Assembly: GCA_964016885.1 (NCBI GenBank)
Contig: OZ024740.1
Coordinates: forward strand, 254,510,001-254,574,000
Origin: Eledone cirrhosa
Taxonomy: Eukaryota
Reading direction: 5' to 3'
Length of the DNA stretch: 64,000 nucleotides
The notes under the pieces: generated by a model
The model's database searches: none
What the model was told of the DNA's origin: nothing
The model's input: the letters and a program-made list of their open reading frames with translations, nothing else
Shown: one piece after another, positions 11,551-23,706 of the stretch
How the letters are laid out: each line of letters opens with the position of its first letter
Numbering within the stretch: the first letter of the stretch is position 1
Program-made: the position numbers and the translations under genes

Positions 11551-12149
11551 AGCAAAGGGTCTCAACCCATTTCGGCCTCGAAATCACGAAACGCCCCCTA
11601 CACTATTTTTCTATTTTTCAATATACTACTGATTTTGATATCAGTAGATTACTAAAAAAATGATTAACGATATTCCAAAGATACCATTGCAGGCAGTTGA
11701 AAGTATAAATACATTCCTTGAAAGGAAGTATATAAATTTCAAAAAAAGGAACATAAATGTTCTTTTTTATGAATAAGGACCAGTTGAATTTGTTATATTT
11801 CCACCAGACGATACCAGCTATTTTGAACATTTATACAAGAGCAACTCTGTCTATCCAAAGAGTGCTCTTATCTGGAAGAAAGTGGCAATTGTATTATTTC
11901 AAAGCTTTCTAATTTTCCCTTTAATGAAACGGGCAGAATAAATGTTGATATCTAACTTGATGTCCCCTCCGCTTTGTGAGCTTAGAGACCACGCAAGAGG
12001 GTTTTCATGACCACGTAAGAGGGTATATTCATTAGTAAACGGTAAAATATATACAACAAATGAGTAAGTGAAATGTGGTAGATGGTTTCCAGTCCAGTCA
12101 GACTGCAACTACAAATAAAAAATCGACTTATTTTGACCTCGTATCAATG

Positions 12150-13880
12150 GGACCCTTGAGCTTCATGGAGTTTAGCTAACTCTTTGACGTCAGGCTAGAT
12201 TTTCGTGAGATGTAGCCGGAGATCTCCACGTGCAATCACATTGTAGCGGTTGCGAGCCTTACTATGCAGTCTGGAAACAACGCCAAACCCCCTCTCGACT
12301 AAGTATGAGCTAGGAAAAGGCAAAGCAAATCTCTTAGCCTCTGCATTTCTTCTTGCATCCAAAAATGGGGTTCACCTATTTTGGAAAATTTTATTTTGAT
12401 AATGTCATCTGTCTGAAGTTCAATTAATTCTTCCTGAAATTTAATGTCGAAATCGTCGACGTTAGCTATGAAGGGATCTGCTATCCACATTGAGATGTCC
12501 ATCTGCAAAAGGTCGACAAACCGTTCTCTCATTTTGTCTTGTAGTGTACGGAGGTGCGCGGTATAAATTTGGAGTTGGTCATCGTTCACAATGTTTTGAA
12601 CACTGGCGACACTAGGAAAATTATAGAATTCCCGTCGACAAAGATTCCTTTCGATGACTTTCAATTTGGCCAGGAATATTTTCATAGCATTCCTTGCTTT
12701 AAACAAGGTGATCTTCTCCCCCTGCAAAACCATAATGATGCTATTGCATTTGTCGAAGATGTCTTGCCTCACATCGAGGGTTTTTTTATACAGTTCTGTG
12801 TTGCGTCCTCGAAGAAACTCAATGATAGAGTCGAACAGTTCAAAGAAGCGAGTAAAGCACTTGCCCTTTGAAAGCCACCTCACTTCAGTATGAAGGAGCA
12901 ACTCGACGAATTCTTCGTCATTATCTTCGCACAGTTGCCGGAAAATTAGTTCATTGAGGGCATGGCGTTTGATGTAATTGATGACATCAATGGCTACCTG
13001 CAAAGACTTGCTCAGCGGCTCGCTGAGTTTCTTCGCAGCCAAGTGTTGTCGATGAATGACACAATGAACAGCAAATGCAGATGGATTTTCCCTCTTCAGA
13101 AGAGAGACGAAACCCTTATGTTGGCCGATCATTGCTCTTGCGCCGTCCATAGCACATGATACAATATTGTTAAGAGGTATCTCTTTTTCTTCGAGGTATC
13201 CCATGACAGATTCAAAGATGGTGGCACCTTTAGTATCTGTGGCTAGATTCAGAGTGAAGAGAAGCTCCTCGTGCATTTCGTTTTGGTGGAAAAATCGCAC
13301 GTATACCAGTAGTAAGGACTGATTCCCAGGAAAGTGTGCTTTCATCAAGTTGTAAAGCAAATTGTGTCGATTTCAAGATGTTGCATAATTTTTGTTCAAC
13401 ATTTTCCGCCATTTCGTCGATGCGTCTCCTTATTGAGTCCTTACTCAGCAGAATACGTTTCAAGGTCTTTAACGGGTTCTGACGTAGTACTGTTGAAAGA
13501 ACTTCTGATATGACAGGAGCTACCAATGTTTTACCCAAGGAATGGGGCTTGCCACACTTTGCGATTATGTTGGCAATGTTATAAGAAGTGACAAGTCCAT
13601 CAACATTTGAAGCTTCAACTTTTGAAAAGGCAGAAGAAATTAGTGCTGTTTTCTGGAATTGGTCCCTAAGAGACTGAAAGTATGCTAAATCTTTATATCT
13701 CTTATCGGGGTACCTCACCTCCAGGTGTCTAGACAAACGCGATGGCTTCATCGCCTCATTCGAAAAGGACTCCTTGCAAATTAAACATATGGTGACAGGT
13801 GGTTCGACGCGATGGGATGAATCCGAACCGTAAGTAATCAACGTTGTACTGCCTGCATTTTTTCTTCATTGCTGAGGCCA
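12150..13880 (-). pseudogene. hAT (Buster/Charlie, ZBED5/SCAND3-like) transposase, frameshifted
   Basis: BED finger CLIC..MKPSRLSRHL, LQLDES, DGARAM, HCVIHRQHL, HTEVRWLSKG; possible terminus near 11553. Confidence 0.9.
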
Positions 13881-14395
13881 TTTTCTGTTTGGTAAAGTTA
13901 CGTAAAGATTTGCCTATATAAGCCTATAAAATTATGTATAAGGAACTTACTATAATGAGTCCTGTTCCAGTTTGATAAAGTTTCAAGTAATGTTCTGGAA
14001 TAAAGCCTTGTAATAAACAAAACTGCAATGAAAAACACAAATACTGTCATTAATTAACCAAGTTATATATGAAGATTAACCAGTCTTTCATGTACGAATA
14101 GTAATAACTTAGCTTGAGGGAATTAAGGTGGCAGACTCAATAAAGGATCAACGAAGCAACGAGTTCAATGAGAATGACTAGTAATGTGCTATTTTGAAAC
14201 GGAATTCATCAATTAAGCACGTAGTGATAAGACGCGATAATACTAAGTTAAGACATTACTTATTAGTCAGAGTTACTCAAATTATCGCCCTTAACTTAAT
14301 GCATCACCGTGATATTCTTGTAATGGTGCTGCAATTGTAATGGATGACTGTTGAAGACTACAAAAGCACTTCCTTAAACCCAAGGCTTTAACAAG

Positions 14396-15641
14396 GAACT
14401 GCTTCGCCATGCCGAAGCTCCTCTATACACTCCGCAGCGCTCCATGCTACACCCAGACATCTCTCCTCGCTGACCTCGATACTTGTATCCGAGCAGCAGC
14501 CGAGGGGATATGCAACGTCAAGTTTGACGACATAGGGTGACAACAGGTCACTTTACCGATCAGGTATGGCGGCCTAGGCCTCCGGTTCCCGATCTCACTA
14601 GCTTTGCTGGCGTATCTTTCGTCGGTAACCTCGTGCTACGTCCTCGTCCGCAGGGTTCTTCAAAACACAACAGAACCCTCTGTGTTCAGAGAACGTGAGG
14701 CCGCCTGTGAGACGTAGGACCGGATGGGACTTAGCCCAGTAGACGTCCCTCCTCCTTCTCCCCCTGTTGACGTCAAGTCCCCCCAACGCACTTGGGATGC
14801 CATCCAGCGCAGCCTGGCCTCAGACAAGCTCACGCGCCAGCTCGACCAGCACCGCCTTGCTTGTTTTCGTGCGGCCTCCAAACCCCACAGTGGTGCCTGT
14901 CTCCATGCTCTGCCCTCCTTCTCCACTGGCACGCAGCTAGACAATCATAGCCTGCGAATCGGCGTTTTCCTGAAGCTCGGCCTCCGGATCTGCCAGCCAC
15001 ACCAATGTCGCTACGGTTCCACCGTGGACTCTTTCGGCCTCCACCCGCTTTCCTGTTGCCCCAGTGCCGGCCGCATTCCACGCCATACTGCCCTCAACGA
15101 GGTCATTAAGCATGGCTTGGACGCTGCAGGCTTCCCTTCCCAGCTCGAGCCGGTGGGGCTAGATCGAGGGGACGGCAAAAGGATGGCATGACCATCTTCC
15201 CGTTCCGCGGTAGCAAACCCCTCGTCTGGGATACAACTTGCACCGACACTTTCTGCAGCCGCAACCTGGTGCAGTATGCGACTGACCCAGGTTCTGCTGC
15301 ACGTCGGGCTGAGGGGGCCAAACTCCTCAAATACCGGTCGCTCTCCGACAGGTTTGCGGTCGTTCCCCTGGCAGTGGAAACTTCTGGTGTCCTCGACCCC
15401 AGGGCTACCTCCTTACTCACCACCATAGGCGCTGAGCTGGCCAGCCGTAGGTGTGAGCCCCGCGAGTTGGAGTGGCTTTTCCAGCGCGTCTCCCTTGCCG
15501 TCCTCCGGGGAAACGCCTTCTCCATTCTGTCCGCCGGGGCTGTGGGTGGGCCCCATCGCGTACCAATACATTAGTTAAATACCATTCTTTCATCTCATAC
15601 AACACAATAAAGTCTGCAAATATGATTAAAAAAATAAAAAA
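14396..15641 (+). mobile_element. 5'-truncated CRE-like non-LTR retrotransposon (RT C-terminus plus RLE), A-rich tail
   Basis: NCFAMPKLLYTLR, LPIRYGGLGLR, HPLSC..RHTALN, LVWDTTCTDT, PLAVETSG, LRGNA; flanked by a 64-bp direct repeat. Confidence 0.85.
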
Positions 15642-16093
15642 GACAACACCAATTATAATGGATGACTGTTGAAGACTACAAAAGCACTTCCTTAAGCCCA
15701 AGGCTATAACAAGACTTGAACGTAGTATAAACAGTCAGTTTATATAGGAATAGCAACAACCTAGTTATAGAATAAATGATGTGGAAATGCAATGAAGAGA
15801 AGATGGGGTCAAGCAAACCGAATGTTAGTAAGAATGAGCTGAAGTATCGAGGTCAAGCCGATCACGGTGATGAACGGGTCAGTGAATTCAATTCATGAAT
15901 AATGTTGCTCTTTTCCAGGAGCCTCGTTTGCCTTAAAAATGTGAGGGGGACAGACCAACATTTGTTGGAGCATTTTAGTATTACTTATGGTGTCTTTCCT
16001 GAACCCTATCAGATAAGCTTAAAAAGTATTTATTATATCAAATAAACAAAAAATAAAACATAGACGTTTGAATAAAAATCCTATAAAGTAAAT

Positions 16094-17255
16094 TTATTGT
16101 CTTTTAGAACTTTCCAAATGTATCATATCTCGCATCATAGCTGTCAATTTAGTAACTTCTTCACAACTAATCTTTTTCAAAACATCTCTATGAACGTGGC
16201 ATACTAGAATATGATTGAACCTTTGCTGAGCCATGGTCGATCGCAACCAAGTTTTGAGTCTCTGCAGAGCGCTAAAAGATCTTTCAGCTTCACAAGAACT
16301 GGTTGGAAACATTAAAAGTAGCCTGAGCAATCGCTCAACATTTACAAATATGCGATGGACTTCTCGTTGCATTTCACCGAATATTTTACGATGATCCTCG
16401 AGAGATGATCCACTATGATGATTTCTATAAAAAAGTATTTCGTTCCTTAAAGAAAATTCATCAAGCTCTGGATAGTGCATGATCACTTCAGCACAAACAT
16501 TTCCATTGAGTAAAATATTGCTCAGTTTTTCATAATCTGCTAAATCCTGTGAAAAAAATAATCTTTCAAATTTGATATTGCAGTATCCACTACCTGCAAA
16601 TACTGCACTCTGTAATGATCCAAAGCAGTGCAGTGTTGATATTTTAACGCATTTCCTTCCTGGTATCTTTTAGGAACTTTTCGTTGCTTGGGTAGCTCCA
16701 AAGGAGAAATATCGAGTTGATAAATCATTTTTTCTGCTGTATTGAACAGCTCCTGAAATTTTTCTTCACTGCGTAGATTGTTTAGCTCCTCCTGCACCAG
16801 TTTGACACTATGCAACATGCTACCTAGATTGAAGGTGGTACTTTGAAAAGATTTGTTCAATCCTTCAAGGAATTGAACGTGCAATCCAAGAACACATTGG
16901 CCCGGAGAGTGACACGTAAGAAAAACATTAGCTCTGGATGCAATATTGGTGCCAAACTCATTTGTTGCCTCTTGTAAAGAAATAGGGACATCTGAATAAT
17001 TGTCAAGAAGGGCTTTGACTGCAGAAAGTCGTGTTAGCCATCGAGTCGGGCACACACGTTTTAAGGAGCGTGGTGACGATACTTCATTTTCTTCATCATA
17101 TTGTGATAAATACGCTTGCTTAAATTTCTCTGATGTACTATATAGTTTCCGCAATTCATTCACGAACCTAGAACAGTTTTGCAAAGTGAAGCTTGTTGTA
17201 CAGACTTAGTTATAATAAGTTGAGAAATATGAATGCCGCAGTGCACGTAATGGGC
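16094..17255 (-). pseudogene. hAT transposase C-terminal half (Tip100/ZMYM1-like)
   Basis: CPTRW and dimerisation motif SSCEAERSFSALQRLKTWLRSTM. Confidence 0.85.
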
Positions 17256-17727
17256 CAAATCAAGTTATGTAAGAATCTTTAAAAATATCTTTAAAAAATA
17301 TTCGTACGAATTAAATACAAAAAACGTTTCAGTCCAAAACAAAAGCAAACTATTTCAAATTATATATTTTTGAAAAATAGACGTGAATGTTCTCAAATAC
17401 TTGATTTCAGTCGAAAAAGCTTTTTTTTTTAAATTCTATATTTCACTGTTAGCTGTTGTAATATTTTGATTGGATAAACAATTCTACAATTCAAACTGTA
17501 AAGTCAAAATACAAAACATGTAAAATATGAAGTATTTCTTACCTTTCTCTGAAATCACAAACTCAGGGGAAAAATAGTATCATGCAAAATAAAATACCTC
17601 GTAGCAAAATAAAATACTTAGCAACGAATGAATTGAGAAGTTTGGAGACAGTGAGAAAGTAGTATTTGTATCCCTTATATATATATATATATATACATAG
17701 ATAGATACACAGACACACATAGACGCG

Positions 17728-17798
<71 letters not shown>

Positions 17799-17941
17799 AC
17801 ACACCCACACACACACACACACACATAAACTTGTGTGTGTGTGTGTGCCTTAGTTTGGGTACAGAAAGAATTTTGTCTACAGATTTTATTGCCAGGTCAA
17901 AGGCCACTGCTCTTTTCAACAACGCCAAATAACAACGCTCG

Positions 17942-17972
<31 letters not shown>

Positions 17973-18042
17973 GGGAAAAGTATGACCCCGACGGCAGAGC
18001 TCAAACCGTTAAGGTCCATTTGGTTCCTTACCACAATTCCTT

Positions 18043-18103
<61 letters not shown>

Positions 18104-18137
18104 TTACAATAATCAAAGTTCAGTTTAAATCATTTAT

Positions 18138-18186
18138 TTGCTTACCATTGTTTCCTCCAAACCGAGGTTTGGATTCTTCGGAGCAA
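18138..18186 (-). ncRNA. Type I hammerhead ribozyme (CCGAAGA core)
   Basis: Minus strand TTGCT-CCGAAGA-A-TCCAAAC-CTCG-GTTTGGA-G-GAAA-CAATG-GTA-AGCAA. Confidence 0.85.
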
Positions 18187-18325
18187 CTATTTAGTAATCT
18201 ATAACATACTTGACCTCCTTTTCAACACAAGAGACATATAAAAACATATGCATATATTGACCCACAGTGGGATGACATCCATCATAATGATATAGCATGG
18301 CAATTTACATATAAAGGCTAAAGGA

Positions 18326-18667
18326 TAAAAATAAAAATAAAAATAAAAATAAAAATAAAAATAAAAATAAAAATAAAAATAAAAATAAAAATAAAAATAA
18401 AAATAAAAATAAAAATAAAAATAAAAATAAAAATAAAAATAAAAATAAAAATAAAAATAAAAATAAAAATAAAAATAAAAATAAAAATAAAAATAAAAAT
18501 AAAAATAAAAATAAAAATAAAAATAAAAATAAAAATAAAAATAAAAATAAAAATAAAAATAAAAATAAAAATAAAAATAAAAATAAAAATAAAAATAAAA
18601 ATAAAAATAAAAATAAAAATAAAAATAAAAATAAAAATAAAAATAAAAATAAAAATAAAAATAAAAA
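18326..18667. repeat. (ATAAAA)n hexamer array, about 57 copies
   Basis: Direct reading; no interruptions seen. Confidence 0.97.
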
Positions 18668-18676
18668 TGAAAATGA

Positions 18677-18788
18677 AACATTGGCAGTTTTGTCTACAGC
18701 TATATATATATATATATTTGTCTACAGTTATATATATAACTGTAGACAAATATATATATATATATAGTTGTAGACAAAACTGCCAATG

Positions 18789-18790
<2 letters not shown>
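18677..18790. repeat. Near-perfect ~114-bp palindrome centred on a TA tract
   Basis: AACATTGGCAGTTTTGTCTACAG...TGTAGACAAAACTGCCAATGTT. Confidence 0.9.
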
Positions 18791-18825
<35 letters not shown>

Positions 18826-18910
18826 TTTGCTCTACGGTTCTCTTATATATTTGATATATATTTTCCTTATCGAGCCCTCTTTGGATTTTAGTCTTCAATT
18901 TTATTATTAT

Positions 18911-19029
<119 letters not shown>

Positions 19030-19031
19030 GG

Positions 19032-19071
<40 letters not shown>

Positions 19072-19073
19072 GG

Positions 19074-19118
<45 letters not shown>

Positions 19119-19240
19119 CTACAGTTATATATATATATATATTATCCTTAATATATATATATATATATAAATGAAGAGAGAAAGAGGGAGGGACAGAGAG
19201 AGTAAGAAATGTGTGTGTGTTTGGTACACATCTATCTATA

Positions 19241-19276
<36 letters not shown>

Positions 19277-19277
<1 letters not shown>

Positions 19278-20467
19278 CCTTTGGAAGAAGCGGGCTTTTT
19301 TGGTGAGAAGATCCATCTGCTGCCAACACCCTTCCAACGGAGGGCTGGGGATGCCGTGGCTGACGATGCGCAAACACGCGCTCAGGCTGCGGCATCTCTA
19401 CGTGTTCCTCACCGGACCACCGGTGTGGGTCCTGTTCGTTAGCCGAGCCTTCCCACGACTCGTCTCGCTGACCGAGCTGCAGTCCTGGGTCAAGCAAAGA
19501 CCGAGGAAAATGGGCGACTGGCACATCGAATGTGCTCAGGCGCTCACAGCCCTCTGGCAGGCGGACCCGGCGATCAGTGGAGACTCCACTTCGTCATTCT
19601 ATAGAGGGTTGATCCGCAGCAAGTGCGACGACGTGCTCGGTGAAACTCTAGGCGTAGAGGAAGACGAACTGGCCAGTCTGTTCGGTAGGACCTTCCGCCC
19701 GGGGCCGATGGACAACTTCCAAAAGTCACTGGCCTGGCAGTGCTACCGAGGAGCTCTACCAGTTCGAGACAAGCTCTACAGACATGGGCGCCCGGGCAGG
19801 GACCCTTCGAAAAAGATCTGTCTGAGATGCGTGCGAGACGAAGAAACCGTCGCGCACGCATTCATACACTTCCCGGGTGTTACCAACCTGTGGGGCTATA
19901 TAGAACGACTATTGTCGCGTGTGGGACCAATCCGGTTGACCACTGAGTCCATTGTCATGATCAAACCGCCACCCTCCTTCAAAAACGAAGAAGAGGCGGT
20001 TTTCCTTTGTGTGATAGCTATGGCAAAAGAGGTTGTATGGTGGACGGGGTTAAAAGGGCTGAGGTCAGACACCTTTCTCTCCGGCCAACAACTGATTCTT
20101 TTTTTCAAATACCACTTTGAAGAATCAGGATAGAGAGAGAGGTGCTGTACCCCAGCAAGTTTTATGAAATGTGGGTGAAAGTAGCGAGAATGGCCCGAGT
20201 GAATGGGCCTTCTCTCTATATAAGCCTGTAGGTTGAGGAAAAAGTGGAAGACAGGAAAGGGATACAAACTCTTCGTACTCCTGGAGATGAGGGTTGCACA
20301 TTTTTTCGGGGGTATGTGTTACCCATATGAAATGTCTCCCCCTATTGGGGAAAATCGATTAATTTTTAAATTGCATTTGTGGTAGTATTTTACACGTTTT
20401 TATTGTATGTAAACTTTCCCCTTTGTATCTGTCCCCCTTTTGTACCCCTGTAGCTAATAAAGAAACA
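19277..20467 (+). mobile_element. L1/Tx1-type LINE 3' end (zf-RVT/CCHC region plus 3' UTR), flanked by (TATC)n
   Basis: GGLGMP, WQCYRGALPV, CLRC..ETVAHAFIH; AATAAA near 20455 then (TATC)n. Confidence 0.9.
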
Positions 20468-20491
20468 TATCTATCTATCTATCTATCTCCA

Positions 20492-20897
20492 ACAGGGAGC
20501 TCACACATGCGGCCCGCGAACTACTTATCTGTGGCCCGTGGTAGAACCAATATTTCATATTGCATTATAACTGGTGAAAATAAGGCGGTGAGATGGTGGA
20601 GTCGTTAGCACATCTGGCGAAATGCTTAACGGTACTTCTTCCGTTTTTACGTTCTGAATTCAAATTCCGCCGATCTCAACTTTGCCTTACATCCTTTTGG
20701 GGTCGATGAATTAAGTACCAGTTGTATACTACCATCGATGCAATCGACTGAACCCTAAACCCCAAATTTCATGCCTTGTTCCTATAGTAGAAATGATTAT
20801 AACTGGTGAAAATCTTCACCCACCACCACGTTTGGCCCACTGTGCCTCTCCTCCAGGACGTAATAGCCCTTTTGTGTCCTTGAGTTTGAGTCCCTTC
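20492..20897. mobile_element. Probable hAT-Charlie MITE interrupted by a SINE
   Basis: Starts CAGGGAGCTCA..GCGGCCCGC..GTGGCCC and ends TGGCCC..GAGTTTGAGTCCCT. Confidence 0.45.
20582..20795 (+). mobile_element. tRNA-derived SINE (octopus OK-like) with 18-bp TSD
   Basis: A/B-box-like head, CCTTTTGGGGTCGAT..AAGTACCAG core; ATTATAACTGGTGAAAAT at 20564-20581 and 20796-20813. Confidence 0.85.
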
Positions 20898-20903
20898 TAC
20901 ACA

Positions 20904-20956
<53 letters not shown>

Positions 20957-20964
20957 TTTACTTT

Positions 20965-21213
20965 TTTTCTGTCTCTGGACTACGCCCATGCTGGAGCATC
21001 ACCTTGGTAAGTTATGGGGACGTCAACAAACCAACAAGCATTGGTGGGAGGGCAAACACAAACACAAAGACACACACAGACATATATACATATATACGAC
21101 GGGCTTCTTTTAGTTTCGATCTATCAAATCTACTCACAGGGCTTTGGTCGGCCCGGGCAGTTGGACTGAGCCCGGAAATATGTGGTTGGGAAACAAGCTT
21201 CTTGTCACACTGC
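20965..21213 (-). mobile_element. Degenerate tRNA-derived SINE (octopus OR-like)
   Basis: Minus strand GTGTGACAAGAAGCTTGTTTCCCAACCACAT..GGCTCAGTCC..GGGCCGACCAAAGCCCTGTGAGT. Confidence 0.7.
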
Positions 21214-21351
21214 ATATATCTATTTTGTTAATATTTTGAATTAATATTAATAACTCTGGAAAACCATTACTGTTGAGTGCTTCCAATCTATTGTAAAACT
21301 CATTCTTTGATTTATTCATTGAACCTTGTTTAACTTTTAAATATATATATA

Positions 21352-22000
21352 CTAGCAGCTGAGCCCGGTTGCACCCGGGGCCACTTTTTATTAAGTTAAT
21401 CATTTGAAAAATATTATTGAAAGTTTATTATAAAGAAGCAGTTTCAGGAAAAAAAATAGAAATATGCAATTGGGGCTGGACGGCGTACAATGAGAAGTGG
21501 AGCGACGTCAAAAGCGTTGTTTATTAACAGCGAAATAGCAATGTCGATGATATGCAAGTTTGAAAATGCAGATTATGAAGGTTTGTATGATAGTTTACAC
21601 TTTGATTGCCCTGGTCAGCAAGAGGGGCCTCTATATATTAGACGTTTATTGGAAGAGGTGGAAATAACTAACAACTAACCCCAGCATTAGAACAGGGGGT
21701 TCGCAATGTAAGGGTTTTATTTCTTTTGTTAGAAAACAGTGACCTTTTTCGGTTTGGCATTTCGTAAAATTCTACTGCAGAATCGATTTCATAAAACGCT
21801 ACTGTATGATTTTTATAGAAGTATTTAAATTTAATATAGAGCAACTGTAATTGAAAAATGAAAATGAAACGTACTGTAGAAGGCAACAGTTTATTAACAG
21901 CAAAATAACGTTGTCTTTGATATGTTATTTTAAATAAACGGTATGTTATTTTAAATAAACGGCTGAGCAAATTAGGCTGCTCAGCCGTTAATATACATAA
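21352..22000 (-). mobile_element. Non-autonomous Helitron 3' end (5' boundary uncertain)
   Basis: Minus strand CCCGG-GTGCAA-CCGGG hairpin, spacer, then CTAG-T at 21355-21351. Confidence 0.6.
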
Positions 22001-22199
22001 GGAAAGTATATACTTTCAAACGTTCAATCATCTGACAGAAAGGTATACGATGCTGACGGTGCTGTTGAACAAAAGGGCGACGATGGTTGCCGAGCACTGT
22101 ACGGTGTAATTGCCCCAACTCGAGCCCCTCATGCCCCCTCCCCCCAATATGTAAAAGGATTACATATTACTATGCATTAAGTACGCCATCACAAGACAG

Positions 22200-23706
22200 A
22201 CACACTGTAAACTCTTACAAAATTTAGAAAACACGGAATCACGATAGCAGACGTTATCTGGATGAAAACAAGTTAGCAAATGTTAGGAGAGATATCTTCA
22301 GAAATAATAGACTCACAGATATTGGAATAACTTCAATCAAGCATGCTGTGGAGAATGACATAAATATAAGTCATGAAAGAACTGAAGAATCTCCTGGAGA
22401 TAGTAACTATTTGAGATTTGGTCAGATGGTGGTCTTTCGGTAAAGACTTGTCTTTACCGAAAGACCACCATCTGACCAAATCTCAAATAGGTTTCTAGAA
22501 ATGAGAAAGTCCTTATGAACCTGCTGTAAATAGCCAGGAATGGGTCATAGAAACAGTACTTGAAGACCAAACTTTTGCTGAAGAACACAGAGAGTCAATA
22601 AAGGAATTGAAACAGAAATACGGAATGAGCTTGCTAGTATAAATGATAGAGAACCACTTCAAAAACTCCCAAATACAAACCAAAATAAAAAACAAATAGT
22701 CATTGGTAACTCTGTAACAAAAGAAATCATAGAAGAATTAGAACCTGATTTTACTGAGTTAAATGACATCATTTATGCATCTGCTAGAAACAAGTTGTTT
22801 ACCACAAAGAAAACAAAGAAAGTCTAACTTTGGAGTAGTAGAATTGAAAAGGAGATTGACCTAATGAGAGGGGAAATATCTTTACTGAATTAGTTAATCA
22901 CTGGAAATGATGGAAGATCCAGGAAGGGAAGGAAGCTAAAGAGAAAATATGGACTTTCTTTTAGAGAAGTACTAATATCAACAAAGGAAACTCTGAAACA
23001 AAAGTCCAAATAAAAGCCCAACGAATTCGTAGATTCGAGAAGCGAAACAACTTCTACAGGCAAAATAATTTGTCCGCTTCCAATGCCAAGTCATTTGATA
23101 AAGAAATCGGAAAGGAAAAAATAACCATTGAAGAAGTTGAAAACTTTTGGAGAAAGATTTGGAGTGATGAGAAGTCATATAATGCTAATGTAGATTGGAT
23201 CAGTTGCTTGGAAAAATCCTACACAAATTTACAAGAGCAAGCATGGGTAGACATCTCTATAGCAGATTTAAGGACAGCGTCCAATAAAGCTCATAAGAGG
23301 AAATCTCCTGGTAGAGACAGGGTGCCAAATTTCTGGCTTACCTCACTCCCGTGCACTCACAATATTTTAGTCAAGCTGTTCAATGGAATTATGAAAGATC
23401 CAAAAAATACACCTGACTGGATAGCAAGTGGCATTACTTACCTTCTCCCAAAGAACAATGAAACTAAGGATCCAAAAAACTATCGTTTGTCCACCACTTA
23501 TAAGCTATTAACCTCTATTCTCATGGAGAAAGCATATGTCTTTTTGGAGAACAATATTTTCCCCATTGAATAAAAGGAGGAGGTTCATATGGTTGTAAAG
23601 ATCAACTCTTGATTAATCGTATGATCTTTGAGAACTGTCATAATAAACACAGAAATCTCAGTTCTGCATGGATCAACTACAAAAACCTTTTGACAGCATA
23701 CCGCAC
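22200..23706 (+). pseudogene. Decayed R4/Dong-type element (third family), N-terminal to RT region
   Basis: FWRKIW, KSPGRDRVPNFW, GITYLLPK..DPKNYR, CKDQLLIN, AWINYK motifs with stops. Confidence 0.8.

Noticed and set aside
12299-13841. Domesticated ZBED5/SCAND3-like gene
   Set aside because: Frameshifts and a disrupted C-terminus indicate a dead transposase.
18326-18667. Telomere-like or CRISPR-like array
   Set aside because: Not TTAGGG-type and has no spacers; a simple hexamer repeat.
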